NCBI GenBank assembly: GCA_009786295.1
Contig: WQTN01000144.1
Location: forward strand, 1 to 40,589
From: Methanomassiliicoccaceae archaeon
GTDB taxonomy: Archaea > Thermoplasmatota > Thermoplasmata > Methanomassiliicoccales > Methanomethylophilaceae
Reading direction: 5' to 3'
DNA length: 40,589 nt
Notes under the pieces: model-generated
What the model saw: only the letters and a program-made list of their open reading frames with translations
The model's database searches: none
Told to the model about the DNA's origin: nothing
Program-made: the position numbers and the translations under genes
Shown: piece by piece, positions 28,627-38,294 of the stretch
How positions within the stretch are numbered: the first letter of the stretch is position 1
Layout: each line of letters opens with the position of its first letter

Positions 28627-28648
28627 GAATCAACACCTTATCTGTCTT

Positions 28649-29422
28649 TTACCGCTTTCCGGGTTTGTATGCCTTGAGGTATTTCACTAGATCCTTGTCT
28701 GCATCCGTCCATTCCGGTGTCAGGCCGTTCTTCATATATTCGTTGTACCAGTCTGCGGCCTCTTTCATGTAGGGTTTCATATCCAGTTTCTTTTTGATGA
28801 TTATTTTTGTATTATCGTCATTGGGGGCCCAAAGCTTAGGTCTGTCGTAATCGGCTTCCTCCAAGAATCCGACCAGAAATACGATACTGTCCAAGCGGGA
28901 GAGCTCCGCATACAGCGACGCCTGCAGCATGTACTGCTCTGCCACATTGGTATAATTTCCATTTTCATCCATCCATTTCTCTCTTTCGCCGGAGGTCTTG
29001 ATCTCCAGGATGGCGTTTCTCTTGCCATCGGCTGTTACGTAACCGTCCACAAGCCCGCCGAATACGTTCTCATTGTGGAAATGGTCATAGCCGCACATCT
29101 CTCCGGGGACCGGTTCTTCTATGGCCGCCTTGAATCCCTCGGGAAGACCCAGCAATGATATGAGCAAGGAAACATTCTTCCCGAGATGCGACCTGAGCAC
29201 AGGTTCAAGGACATTGCCTGCCTTGACATATTTTGTTCTGATATCCTCGCGATAGATACCTGCAAGGTCCAATGCGACCGAGAACGGTGTCTGGAAATCG
29301 CCTTTCCCCAGGATCGGAGCAAGTCTTGTTCCTGTGATCTTCTTAATCTTGAACGGATCAAAATAGACAATTCTTTCAACATCGTCGATATCCTCGATCC
29401 TGTATCTGCCGTCGTACGCCAT
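28649..29422 (-). CDS. YqaJ / lambda-exonuclease family PD-(D/E)XK nuclease
   Basis: ITGTRLAPILG, GNVLEP, GLVDG...LEIKT, YMLQASLY; start placed at MAYDGRY. Confidence 0.82.
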   Translation of the reverse strand: MAYDGRYRIEDIDDVERIVYFDPFKIKKITGTRLAPILGKGDFQTPFSVALDLAGIYREDIRTKYVKAGNVLEPVLRSHLGKNVSLLISLLGLPEGFKAAIEEPVPGEMCGYDHFHNENVFGGLVDGYVTADGKRNAILEIKTSGEREKWMDENGNYTNVAEQYMLQASLYAELSRLDSIVFLVGFLEEADYDRPKLWAPNDDNTKIIIKKKLDMKPYMKEAADWYNEYMKNGLTPEWTDADKDLVKYLKAYKPGKR

Positions 29423-29625
29423 GCAAGAGAATGGCCCGCGGAGGATTTTATGGTGTCGGGCCTCTTTTTCATCTAGAATAACAAACCTCACCCGAACATT
29501 CGGAGTATGTGTCAACCTCCGAACAACCGTTACGTTTTATCGAATCATCTGGTTGCCAAGCGTTTAAACGCATAAAAACACTATACGGATTCGGTGATTG
29601 TACGATAAGATACAAAACTGAAATA

Positions 29626-29805
29626 ATGAGAACATCCTTCAAACTAGTTACATCATCTATCAACGAGAAAGAAGTGGAAGAATTGAACGAGCTGATAGCC
29701 AAAAGACAATCGGAGGGCTGGGAGCTCGTCACATATTCTTTCATGGGCGGCGGCGGGGGGAGCGATTTCGGCAGGGGCATACTTATAACATATAAGAGAG
29801 AGTGA
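29626..29805 (+). CDS. Small DUF4177-like protein
   Basis: LNELIAKRQSEGWELVT...ILITYKRE pattern. Confidence 0.65.
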   Translation: MRTSFKLVTSSINEKEVEELNELIAKRQSEGWELVTYSFMGGGGGSDFGRGILITYKRE

Positions 29806-29823
29806 ACGGACAACAGGCTGCAG

Positions 29824-30642
29824 ATGGAATCGGAGATACAAATGTCTGGTAGCGACATAGCCAGCGATTTGATAAAAGGAATTTTTGATGATTACATAAA
29901 AGAATCTCGACCGGAATTTATGCCTGAAAATTCCGATGATCCGCTTATTCGGCTGCTAAACTACTATAGGATATGCGCCGATGTGATTCAAAGAAAAGGA
30001 CATCTGCCAAGAACAACCTATGATGCAGATGCCCGCTACTATTTCACTTTGGAAGGTCACACAGCGTATGGCAACAAGAAACGCGCACTGAGAGGCGACA
30101 TAATGGTTTCCTTCTGGACACCATATAATGCGGCGCTTATAGAGAGGGGGCTGACACCACCCGATCCAGATAAAAAATCTTTTGGGAAATGTTTTGAGGA
30201 TATTGATTTTTTAATTGCCAACGCAGAAGAAGATGGCTTTTGTGAAGTGAACAGGGTTTTTCGCCCATTCGCGGAAGTCTACCATTCTCCGGGCAATTTT
30301 CTCTTTCTTCCTCCGCCCGACCCAGACGGCAGAATGAACAATGTTCGGTATAGCTGTTCAAAAGATAAGATAGATGAAACACTCTATCACTGTTTCTCAG
30401 GCAGCGACCGCAAATTAGCAAAGTACTTCGGCACAGACAAAGCTTTGTATGATTGGATATGCGAACAGAATTTGAATTCTGGTCTGCTTTTTAAAAACAA
30501 AGAGGTTGCCCGTGACAAGATAATATGCCTCAGCGGCCATGGAGACATACATCTGGGATACCCCGAGATGGCGAAGCGCGGACTGCTGGGAACATTCATT
30601 GAGAATGTCATTAAGTTGATCAATGAACGCAATGGCGAATGA
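29824..30642 (+). CDS. Hypothetical protein (possibly nuclease-related)
   Basis: 272 aa ORF; YHSPGNFLFLP...NNVRY...DKIDETL motif. Confidence 0.7.
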   Translation: MESEIQMSGSDIASDLIKGIFDDYIKESRPEFMPENSDDPLIRLLNYYRICADVIQRKGHLPRTTYDADARYYFTLEGHTAYGNKKRALRGDIMVSFWTPYNAALIERGLTPPDPDKKSFGKCFEDIDFLIANAEEDGFCEVNRVFRPFAEVYHSPGNFLFLPPPDPDGRMNNVRYSCSKDKIDETLYHCFSGSDRKLAKYFGTDKALYDWICEQNLNSGLLFKNKEVARDKIICLSGHGDIHLGYPEMAKRGLLGTFIENVIKLINERNGE

Positions 30643-30692
30643 TGTGCAACCAATGGTGGTCTTTTTGTACGCCCTTCCCCATACATTTTTCC

Positions 30693-31508
30693 ATGGTGTG
30701 CCGTCAGAACCTAACTGTCACGGAAGATGTCGGTGAGATCCTGAATGCCATGGCTGGGTATCTGTTAGGCGATGAGGAATTTAAGAAGATTTTCGAAGAG
30801 AATCGAAATAGATTCGAGAAATGTATGAAGGAGAAAACATACACTTTAGATTATCACATCCGCGGGCTGGTCTATTCAAAATTATCTCAGGGAGCAAAAT
30901 GGTCCAGCATCGAAAGAAAACTGGAAGATATCGACCGGGCATTCTATGATTGGAACACCGATAAAATACTTGAGGAGCTGGAACGCGGCAGAGGTTGGGA
31001 ATACTTCTTTGAAGAACTCAGAAAAATCCAGGTCGGAAGATTCAGAAAGAAGCTTTGCGAGAGCTTACATGACAACATCATAACAATCAGGGACCTTCTG
31101 AAAATACATTCCGCCGAAGGCCCTGAATATTTCGAAGAATGCGTGAAAGGACTTAGAGGCTACGGACCGGCCCTCGTAGCAGAGTACCTGATCTACGTCG
31201 GTGTTGACAGGATCAAGCCGGATGTGCATGTCAAGCGTTTTCTGAAAAGGGTTTTCGGCATAGAGCCGTCCAGCGACATTGATATTATTGAATGGGGAAA
31301 AGAAGCAAAGAACAAGACGGGACTCTGCCTCAGCAATATCGATTGGATAATCTGGGAATTCTGCAGATCTGTTGATGCAGGGCAGAGTGCTCATTCGGGC
31401 ATCGAGAGACCGATTTGCACCGATGAACCCAAATGCGGACTCTGCTGCATAAGAGAATCGTGCAAATATCATAGAGAGCGTCAACGCATCATGTCTGTAT
31501 CCAATTGA
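30693..31508 (+). CDS. HhH-GPD superfamily DNA glycosylase-like protein with FCL 4Fe-4S motif
   Basis: LRGYGPALVAEYL HhH, KPDVHVKR, C-terminal C-x5-C-x2-C-x5-C (CTDEPKCGLCCIRESC); start 30693 or 30639. Confidence 0.8.
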   Translation: MVCRQNLTVTEDVGEILNAMAGYLLGDEEFKKIFEENRNRFEKCMKEKTYTLDYHIRGLVYSKLSQGAKWSSIERKLEDIDRAFYDWNTDKILEELERGRGWEYFFEELRKIQVGRFRKKLCESLHDNIITIRDLLKIHSAEGPEYFEECVKGLRGYGPALVAEYLIYVGVDRIKPDVHVKRFLKRVFGIEPSSDIDIIEWGKEAKNKTGLCLSNIDWIIWEFCRSVDAGQSAHSGIERPICTDEPKCGLCCIRESCKYHRERQRIMSVSN

Positions 31509-31554
31509 AATATGATTAACGCCGTTGAGTATGAAAAGACAAGAGGTTGTTGAG

Positions 31555-31734
31555 ATGAAAAAGACAGGCACATGTCCGAAATGCAGCAGCAAAAAGGTCC
31601 TTGACAGCGACAAACCCTATCCTAAGACCGTGGTACATCGATGGGTGTGCATGGAATGCGGATTCGTCGAATGGTATGCTGGCGAAGAATACTTGCAGAT
31701 CGTGCAAAAGATGATCGATAAGGGAAAAGTCTGA
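31555..31734 (+). CDS. Small Zn-ribbon protein
   Basis: CPKC...CMECGFVEWY; GAGGT RBS upstream. Confidence 0.7.
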   Translation: MKKTGTCPKCSSKKVLDSDKPYPKTVVHRWVCMECGFVEWYAGEEYLQIVQKMIDKGKV

Positions 31735-31798
31735 ACGCAATCGCCAGATTCCACAAAAAAGTTAATCATCCCTGCGATGATTACTCTCAAGGCATACT

Positions 31799-33049
31799 TT
31801 GAACACCATTTTGGTTACAGCAGCGATATTTGTTTTCACATATGCTCTTATTTCGGTCGGTAATATTCCGAAACTCAAGATTGACCGCGGCGTTGCGGCG
31901 GCTGTCGGCGGCATTCTGGTGATCCTGTTCGGACTTGTTTCTTTAACAGACCTTCCGGAGTATGTCGATCTGAATGTGATCTTCCTCCTGCTGGGGATGA
32001 TGATGCTGGTGGCGGGTCTCGAATTCTCAGGGTTCTTCCGCATCGTCTCCGATTTTCTTATCAGATTCTCAGGCAGCAAAATAAGGCTGCTGGCATATGT
32101 GATGATCATATGCGCAGTGCTTTCCGCTGTTGCTCTGAACGACGCTGTTGTTCTGATCTTCACTCCGATTGTGATAAGATGCTGCAGATATACCGATTCC
32201 AACCCGATCCCATATCTTATCGGCGTGATGTTCTCTGCTAACATAGGAAGTCTCGCAACATCTGTCGGCAATCCTCAGAACGCTTACATAGCATCTGAAG
32301 CGGGGCTTTCTTTCATAGAATTCGCCGCTCATGCCTTCCCTGTTTCTCTGCTGTGCCTGCCGATAGCTTTCCTTTTCATACTCCTGATCTTCAGAAAGAA
32401 CCTGACTGCCGACACTCCCTCTCAGCCGCTCGGCGCAGATATGGAGGTAGATCGATTCAGGCTGTGGGCGACCGTGGCGATAATGCTCGGCGCATTGGCG
32501 GGATTCGTTGTGTCCGGACCGCTTGGCATCCCGATCTATGTCATCGCATTGACCGCGGGGATCTTGGCACTTGCCGTTGTTATGTCAAAATCCGCAAAGA
32601 ATGCGGTTTGGGTTGCAAAGAAGGTCGATTGGCGTATACTCGTGTTCTTCATCGGCTTGTTCGTACTTATGGGCGCAGTCACCGAGTCCGGGCTTTTGGC
32701 TCAGATAGCCTCTGTGTTCCCTGGATTCGGAGACGGCGAGACCCCGTCCATAATGAGCGTAACCGCTTTCTCCGCTGTCCTTTCCAACCTTGTCAGCAAC
32801 GTGCCCGCGGTCATGCTTATAGGAAATATGCTTCCGGAAGGCAACATTATGCTCTGGATCGCTCTCGCCGCCTCTTCCACCTTAGCAGGCAACGCCACTC
32901 TGATAGGTTCCGCCGCCAATGTGATAGTATCGGAACGCTCTGAGCGCGAGGGCGTGCATTTCAACTTCTGGAAGTTCGCGTTGATCGGGGTGCCTGTGAC
33001 ACTCGTCACGCTGTTCATCGCGGTGGGCATCCTGACGCTTTTGTCCTGA
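31799..33049 (+). CDS. ArsB/NhaD/SLC13 family anion permease
   Basis: LNDA, ANIGSLATSVGNPQN, SNLVSNVPA, STLAGNATLIGSAAN; ~12 TM segments; TTG start. Confidence 0.92.
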   Translation: MNTILVTAAIFVFTYALISVGNIPKLKIDRGVAAAVGGILVILFGLVSLTDLPEYVDLNVIFLLLGMMMLVAGLEFSGFFRIVSDFLIRFSGSKIRLLAYVMIICAVLSAVALNDAVVLIFTPIVIRCCRYTDSNPIPYLIGVMFSANIGSLATSVGNPQNAYIASEAGLSFIEFAAHAFPVSLLCLPIAFLFILLIFRKNLTADTPSQPLGADMEVDRFRLWATVAIMLGALAGFVVSGPLGIPIYVIALTAGILALAVVMSKSAKNAVWVAKKVDWRILVFFIGLFVLMGAVTESGLLAQIASVFPGFGDGETPSIMSVTAFSAVLSNLVSNVPAVMLIGNMLPEGNIMLWIALAASSTLAGNATLIGSAANVIVSERSEREGVHFNFWKFALIGVPVTLVTLFIAVGILTLLS

Positions 33050-33091
33050 TCGCATGCCGCAAACAGCCAATCATTTTATCCCGATTCGAAT

Positions 33092-33790
33092 ATGCACCCA
33101 GCAATGAAAAGATACGATCTCGTATGTTTCGATATGGATGGTGTCCTTACCGCCCTGAGAAGCTCGTGGCACTGGCTCAACCTGTGCCTCGATGTTGACA
33201 ACGACGAAACATACAGAGCGTACATCAGCGGAGAGATCGACCAGCCGGAGTTCATGAGGAGGGACATCTCTCAGTGGAAGGCTGTAAAACCGGACATAAG
33301 GATCTCGGACCTCATAAGATTCTTCCAGAATATGCCGCTCACCGAGGGGATACAGGAAACGGTCGCATGCCTGAAAAGCAACGGGATCCGCTGCGTCATC
33401 GTCAGCGGCGGCGTGGACATCGCCGCAAGGATGATCGCGGAAGAGTTCGGATTCGACGATTACGTTGCGGACGGGATATGCAGCAACCCGGACGGGACCC
33501 TTACCGGAGAAGGGATGATGAACGTCGACCTTAATGACAAAGGCATCAGCGTCAGACGCTTCATTGAAAAATACGGGACCACAAAGGACAGGACGGTCTC
33601 GATAGGGAATTCCTACACCGATATACCGATGTTCAGGGATTCCGGGGTATCGATCGCCTTCAACCCGACTGATGATTTCACAAAGGAGGCTGCGACGTAT
33701 GTAGTGCAATCCGGCAACATCTCAGATGTTCTGGATCATATCCTCCCCTGCGATGACTGTCAATCCTTGTCGAAATCGAATCCGTCCTGA
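33092..33790 (+). CDS. HAD-IB phosphatase (SerB-like)
   Basis: FDMDGVL, VSGG, K motif, IGNSYTD...AFNP. Confidence 0.88.
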   Translation: MHPAMKRYDLVCFDMDGVLTALRSSWHWLNLCLDVDNDETYRAYISGEIDQPEFMRRDISQWKAVKPDIRISDLIRFFQNMPLTEGIQETVACLKSNGIRCVIVSGGVDIAARMIAEEFGFDDYVADGICSNPDGTLTGEGMMNVDLNDKGISVRRFIEKYGTTKDRTVSIGNSYTDIPMFRDSGVSIAFNPTDDFTKEAATYVVQSGNISDVLDHILPCDDCQSLSKSNPS

Positions 33791-34425
33791 TCGTCGTCCT
33801 CTTCCAGATCAAGGACGTCATATCTCTTCTTCCTGATCTTGCCGTATATCCTCGTGATTTCCCTCGCCTCGGCGGACCCGTTCTTTATCAGGCGCTCTTT
33901 TGTCTTTATCGCATGGACAAGGGCATCGAACTCATCGAATGTAAGGATCATTCCAGTTGCGAACTCATCCTCCGGCTCGGCTTCGGTCCTCACCGAATAG
34001 GTCTTTTGCCCATCGTTGACGGACACCTTGACGCTGAGCACGTCGAACTGTTTGACCCAGAGTGCTTTGATCTTATCTGCCTGGAACTTCTTTCCTTTCT
34101 TGCCGTCCTCGGTCTCTATGTGAGTTATGCATACTCTCCTTTCGTCTTCGAGATAGAACTCATCTCCGATGGACAGTATCTCGTTCGACATCAATTCGGT
34201 CTCGATCGTCTCCGTCACATCGCCGTCGCTGAACAGCACCTTCACTCTGAGGGGCTCCGGGATCCTTACCGTATCGGAGAACACTCTCCCGCACTCGGAA
34301 CATCTGAATGTGCCGGTGATGTTGCCCTTCCCCTCCCTTCCTTTCAGTATATCATGCTCTGTGAGATCATCACAGTTAGGACATGGGATGTACAGATACT
34401 CCTCCATCTCTTCTCTTTTTGCCAC
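33760..34425 (-). CDS. Archaeal Zn-finger protein (HVO_0476 family-like)
   Basis: CPNC...H...CSECG followed by two beta repeats; GTG start after GGTGA (alternative 34407). Confidence 0.8.
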   Translation of the reverse strand: MAKREEMEEYLYIPCPNCDDLTEHDILKGREGKGNITGTFRCSECGRVFSDTVRIPEPLRVKVLFSDGDVTETIETELMSNEILSIGDEFYLEDERRVCITHIETEDGKKGKKFQADKIKALWVKQFDVLSVKVSVNDGQKTYSVRTEAEPEDEFATGMILTFDEFDALVHAIKTKERLIKNGSAEAREITRIYGKIRKKRYDVLDLEEDDDQDGFDFDKD

Positions 34426-34430
34426 TTTTA

Positions 34431-35006
34431 TCACCTGTTCACCAAGAAAGGGGGATCGTGCCCCGGTACTATCACATCAGCATACTTGGTTATCATCTTT
34501 AAACTTTCCAGTGCAAGTCCTTCATCGGTGTTTATCGCCGGAGGCACCATTCTCTCATAGTTGCCGTATTTCGGTATCGCATCGCCGGCGATCACATACT
34601 TTTTATCTGCTTTGACGAAGACGCTTATCGAGCCTTTTGTGTGCCCGGGAGTATGGACGATCTTCACCCCAGTAACGATCTCTTTGTCAACATCCAGCGG
34701 CTTAGCGCTTTCTACCGCATCGCACTCATCCGGATGTATCAGGATGTCTGCGTTCTCGAACATGCCGTTGTTCCCGACATGGTCGAAATGGCAGTGCGTC
34801 AGCACCACCGTATCAACATCCTTCGGAAAAACGCCTATCTGTTTGAAGGCTGTTTTTATGGCAGGCCTCATGTAATGGGTGCTGGTGTCGACCACGATCA
34901 TCCTCTCATCCGTTCTGATGAGAACAGACGAGGAATGTGCATCGAACACCTTCCCGTTCTCATCTCTCTGAAGGCTTCCGATCGCCAGTACATCCAGTTT
35001 TATCAT
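34431..35006 (-). CDS. MBL-fold metallo-hydrolase
   Basis: THCHFDH, HTPGHT, AGDA, PGHD. Confidence 0.92.
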   Translation of the reverse strand: MIKLDVLAIGSLQRDENGKVFDAHSSSVLIRTDERMIVVDTSTHYMRPAIKTAFKQIGVFPKDVDTVVLTHCHFDHVGNNGMFENADILIHPDECDAVESAKPLDVDKEIVTGVKIVHTPGHTKGSISVFVKADKKYVIAGDAIPKYGNYERMVPPAINTDEGLALESLKMITKYADVIVPGHDPPFLVNR

Positions 35007-35067
35007 GCAGAGAGAATATCACTCCAACTTGAATTATATTGCCGTGCTCCTTCGCTTTGAGACCGGA

Positions 35068-36501
35068 TCATTTGACGATCCAACGTCCGCCCTTCTTTCC
35101 GCCCGTTCTTTCCAGTCTGCCTCTGTCTCTAAGCCTCTTCACGGCCGCCTCGACTTTTGATTTAGGTATGCCTGTCTCTTTGGATACCTTTTCAATGGAT
35201 ATGCCGTTGTCTAATGCCATCAGCCCAAGAATCTTCTCTTCCTCCGATATGGCTGAAGTCTTGGGATCCATTTTCATTATAAGAGTAACCTTCACTGTTG
35301 GCGGATTCAGGCTTTCTTCGATCAGAGGTTGCTCAAAGCCGTTCTTTTTCCATATCTCCATTATGCGATACAGGCCGCTGCCCGCTCTTTCCACCGCACC
35401 GACCAGCGAGAACATTTTTGCAAGAGTTGGATTGCGGGGGTCGCTGTATCCTCCTTCTTCCGCCTCCTGTATCGGTATGCGGAACAGACCCGGATTCCTC
35501 ACTGTTACGACATTCGGCCTCACCTCTATCCTAACTCCCATGCGGCCGCGGTAGTCTGCATGCACCAATGCATTAATGAGAGATTCTCTGAGTGCTTTGT
35601 CTATATCTGTATCATTAACTCTTCTCCAATCCTCACCGATTGCAAAGGGCCGACCTGTTGACATCCCTAAGCGATTGCTCACACTCGTGTAGAAATCAAA
35701 TACGTTCCCTGTCCACTGGCCATCGCCAGAAACGATGCGGTATTCCCATTCCACTCCTGGTTTCATATATTCGATATAATCGAGCTTATAATCTGACACT
35801 TCACAGGTTATTCTGTATTCCATGCCAAACATCAGAAGACCTGCCAACGTCGGATGCAGATTACCGTCTTCGCCTTTCTTTGCAGCTCCAATGAGTCTAA
35901 GGAACTCATTGTCCGGAACGGTGTTCCAGATGTGTTTCTCATCTCCAAGTCTCATGAACGTTCTGTATCTTGAGAGGGTGCTGCGGTCAATGTCACCCAT
36001 ATCAAAATCTTCAAGGACAGATGTATCAATTGGCATATCTGCACTTTCTCGCATCATTCCTGCAATCTCGGGTTTAGTGCAGCGATAGTCGTTCGGCCCA
36101 TTGCGACGGAAGGTGCCTCCGTTCATCCTGTCGTTTATGTATATCGGACAATCATGCCTATCGGCACGAGGGATGTTTATGATCACCAGTTTTTTTCCAT
36201 TGTGTTCCGCGATCTTCACATCATCCGATTTGAGAACATTGCAGCTCACCTTCTGCGGGTTGTTGACCGTGTTCCATACCTCATTCACTATTTTATCGGT
36301 GTTTTTGATGCCTTTTACCAACAACCTGCCGTCTTCCGTCTCCTCCAGACCAAGGACAATAGTACCTCCGAAAGAGTTCGCAAAAGCGGAGTAAGATTCC
36401 CATACGCTCAGCGGTATACCGCCGCTTGCCGATTTTGCTTCAAAGGATGCGCCCTCTTCATTTAGACAGTAATCGCCGCCAAACAACAAGTCCATAATCA
36501 T
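35068..36501 (-). CDS. AlbA_2 (Schlafen-like) + HATPase_c_4 + wHTH protein (RecG-C-like family)
   Basis: EGASFEAK, SAFANSFGG, RESLINALVHADY, NPG, PRNPTLA, ERAGSG, C-terminal wHTH GGKKGGRW. Confidence 0.9.
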   Translation of the reverse strand: MIMDLLFGGDYCLNEEGASFEAKSASGGIPLSVWESYSAFANSFGGTIVLGLEETEDGRLLVKGIKNTDKIVNEVWNTVNNPQKVSCNVLKSDDVKIAEHNGKKLVIINIPRADRHDCPIYINDRMNGGTFRRNGPNDYRCTKPEIAGMMRESADMPIDTSVLEDFDMGDIDRSTLSRYRTFMRLGDEKHIWNTVPDNEFLRLIGAAKKGEDGNLHPTLAGLLMFGMEYRITCEVSDYKLDYIEYMKPGVEWEYRIVSGDGQWTGNVFDFYTSVSNRLGMSTGRPFAIGEDWRRVNDTDIDKALRESLINALVHADYRGRMGVRIEVRPNVVTVRNPGLFRIPIQEAEEGGYSDPRNPTLAKMFSLVGAVERAGSGLYRIMEIWKKNGFEQPLIEESLNPPTVKVTLIMKMDPKTSAISEEEKILGLMALDNGISIEKVSKETGIPKSKVEAAVKRLRDRGRLERTGGKKGGRWIVK

Positions 36502-36524
36502 TTATTCCTAAACTAATATTTATG

Positions 36525-36616
36525 TTTTATCTTTATTTTTATCTTTTTTATCTTACATATCATGGTTTTTATCTTAAAAATTATCTTTTTTATCTAGAAT
36601 TTTATCTTTTTATCTT
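36525..36616. repeat. Phased TTATCT repeat array
   Basis: Eight TTATCT copies at 36527, 36539, 36548, 36569, 36581, 36590, 36602, 36610. Confidence 0.75.
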
Positions 36617-36713
36617 GAGCATATTGGTTAATCTCCCGGGGACAACATTTGTTCTTACCATCCGTGCTTTTGTAAAAAGAAATTGAAAAATTATATCTCA
36701 ATTCAAGGAGTTA

Positions 36714-36920
36714 AGTGTCTCTTCGACACGTGCCGAATTTTTGCAATAATTTCCAAAAATTACATTTTTGACCACGTTTTTCTGCCAAATCCATAGGCAC
36801 GAACCACGTTACCATACTCCTGCGATTCGTTTTCTTGTCTGAATCGTCACTTTTTGATGAAAACTATACGATTTTCTTCAAAATTCAAGAAACTATTTTG
36901 CGACGTGTCGAAGAGGCATT
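36714..36920. mobile_element. MITE-like element with terminal inverted repeats
   Basis: AGTGTCTCTTCGACACGT (36714-36731) versus ACGTGTCGAAGAGGCATT (36903-36920), 16/18 complementary; non-coding interior. Confidence 0.6.
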
Positions 36921-36963
36921 GGGCTTTAATGTGAAAATGCATTAGAAAATTGAGATTGTTTAT

Positions 36964-37460
36964 ATGGAAAGGATTATAATTGGGGGACGCAGAAAACTTG
37001 CATTTGCACTCCTGATCGCCATGATGGCCTGTTTCATTGCGGCTATCACCACCATACTGCTGATAAAACTCAATGTATTTGCGTTCATACCTCTGTTGCT
37101 CCTTATCTCGAAGATATTTTCTCGTGGAGTTTCGCCCGCCCAGCGTTCGATAGAGAACTGATCGTAATCGACGATTATGGCATTACAGTCAATGGCAACG
37201 TGATGCTCGGCCCCATACCCTGGGACTGTGTGCTAGATGTAACGGTTATCAAAATGATGTTCGAAAAACATCTGAAAATAAGATTGACTAATATGTCCAA
37301 ATTTGAGGAGATCTTTGGCAAGGAAGCCGTGCGTGATAAGGTCGAGAAGAACAAAAGGTTCGGCGAGAAATGCATACGAATTAGTCTTGAAATTTGTAAC
37401 CTGCGCGGAATCGATATCGTTTCGCTAATCAACAAACATGCAGGAGACAGTGCAAAATGA
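36964..37460 (+). pseudogene. Frameshifted membrane protein (2 TM + PH-like domain), paralogue 1
   Basis: ORFs 36964-37161 and 37200-37460 together align with 37777-38243 (MERI.I.GR.K.A; IVI.D.G.T.NG.VMLGPIPWDCV; EKHLKIRLTNMSK). Confidence 0.75.
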
Positions 37461-37776
37461 TGTTGCCTGTTACTATTTTGGCTATATCTGCGCACTTTAT
37501 ACTCTCTGCCGATGAAGTACAATCTCAAACATATCATTAAAGAAAAGAATGCATCTGGCTCTTTTCGTACAATAACTTTCTTCTAAAAATTATCAGATTC
37601 CCGCCGATTATCAATAAGGGTATATGCATTCTGGTTAAACTCTCAATAAGTCTTTAATTTTGAAAGATAATATATAGTAGATAAATTTCAACAGGCCATG
37701 GTAGCGGGAACTCTGAGAGATGCATTTTCGTATTGAAACATGCTCCGTCGCTCGGGCGAGTAATTAAGGTGGTTAA

Positions 37777-38243
37777 ATGGAAAGAATAGTGATCAACGGC
37801 CGCAAAAAAATGGCATATGTGACCATAATCTTCCTTGCAGTTTTAGTCATTGTATGCATTATCGGAGTACTGCTCGGTACATGGGGAGTCGGTAGTCTGA
37901 TTTTCCTACCCATATGGACAATGATTTCATATGTTAGCGTCCGCCGTTTGCTTGAGAAAGAAATTATCGTGATTGAAGATTGTGGACTTACGATCAATGG
38001 CACCGTAATGCTCGGCCCCATACCATGGGACTGCGTATCCCGTGCAGAGCTAGTTAGAATAGCACTCGAAAAGCATCTGAAAATAAGACTGACCAATATG
38101 TCAAAATTAGAGGAGGTTCTCGGAAAAGATGAGGTGCAAAATAAGGTTTGACTTTTCTCCTCCCTTACCTCTCAGCTTGCGAACTGCGCGGAATCGATAT
38201 CGTATCGATTATCAATGAACGCGCTGGGGGTCGCGTGAATTGA
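37777..38243 (+). pseudogene. Truncated/frameshifted membrane protein, paralogue 2
   Basis: ORF stops at 38151, but the homologous tail CELRGIDIVSIINERAG continues in another frame to TGA at 38243. Confidence 0.7.
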
Positions 38244-38294
38244 TATCATAGGTTGCAACCTTCAATTATATCTGCGTACATCTATCGCCCTCCG

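Noticed and set aside
38149-38151. TGA read-through (selenocysteine) in paralogue 2
   Set aside because: The homologous tail is in a different frame, so read-through would not restore it
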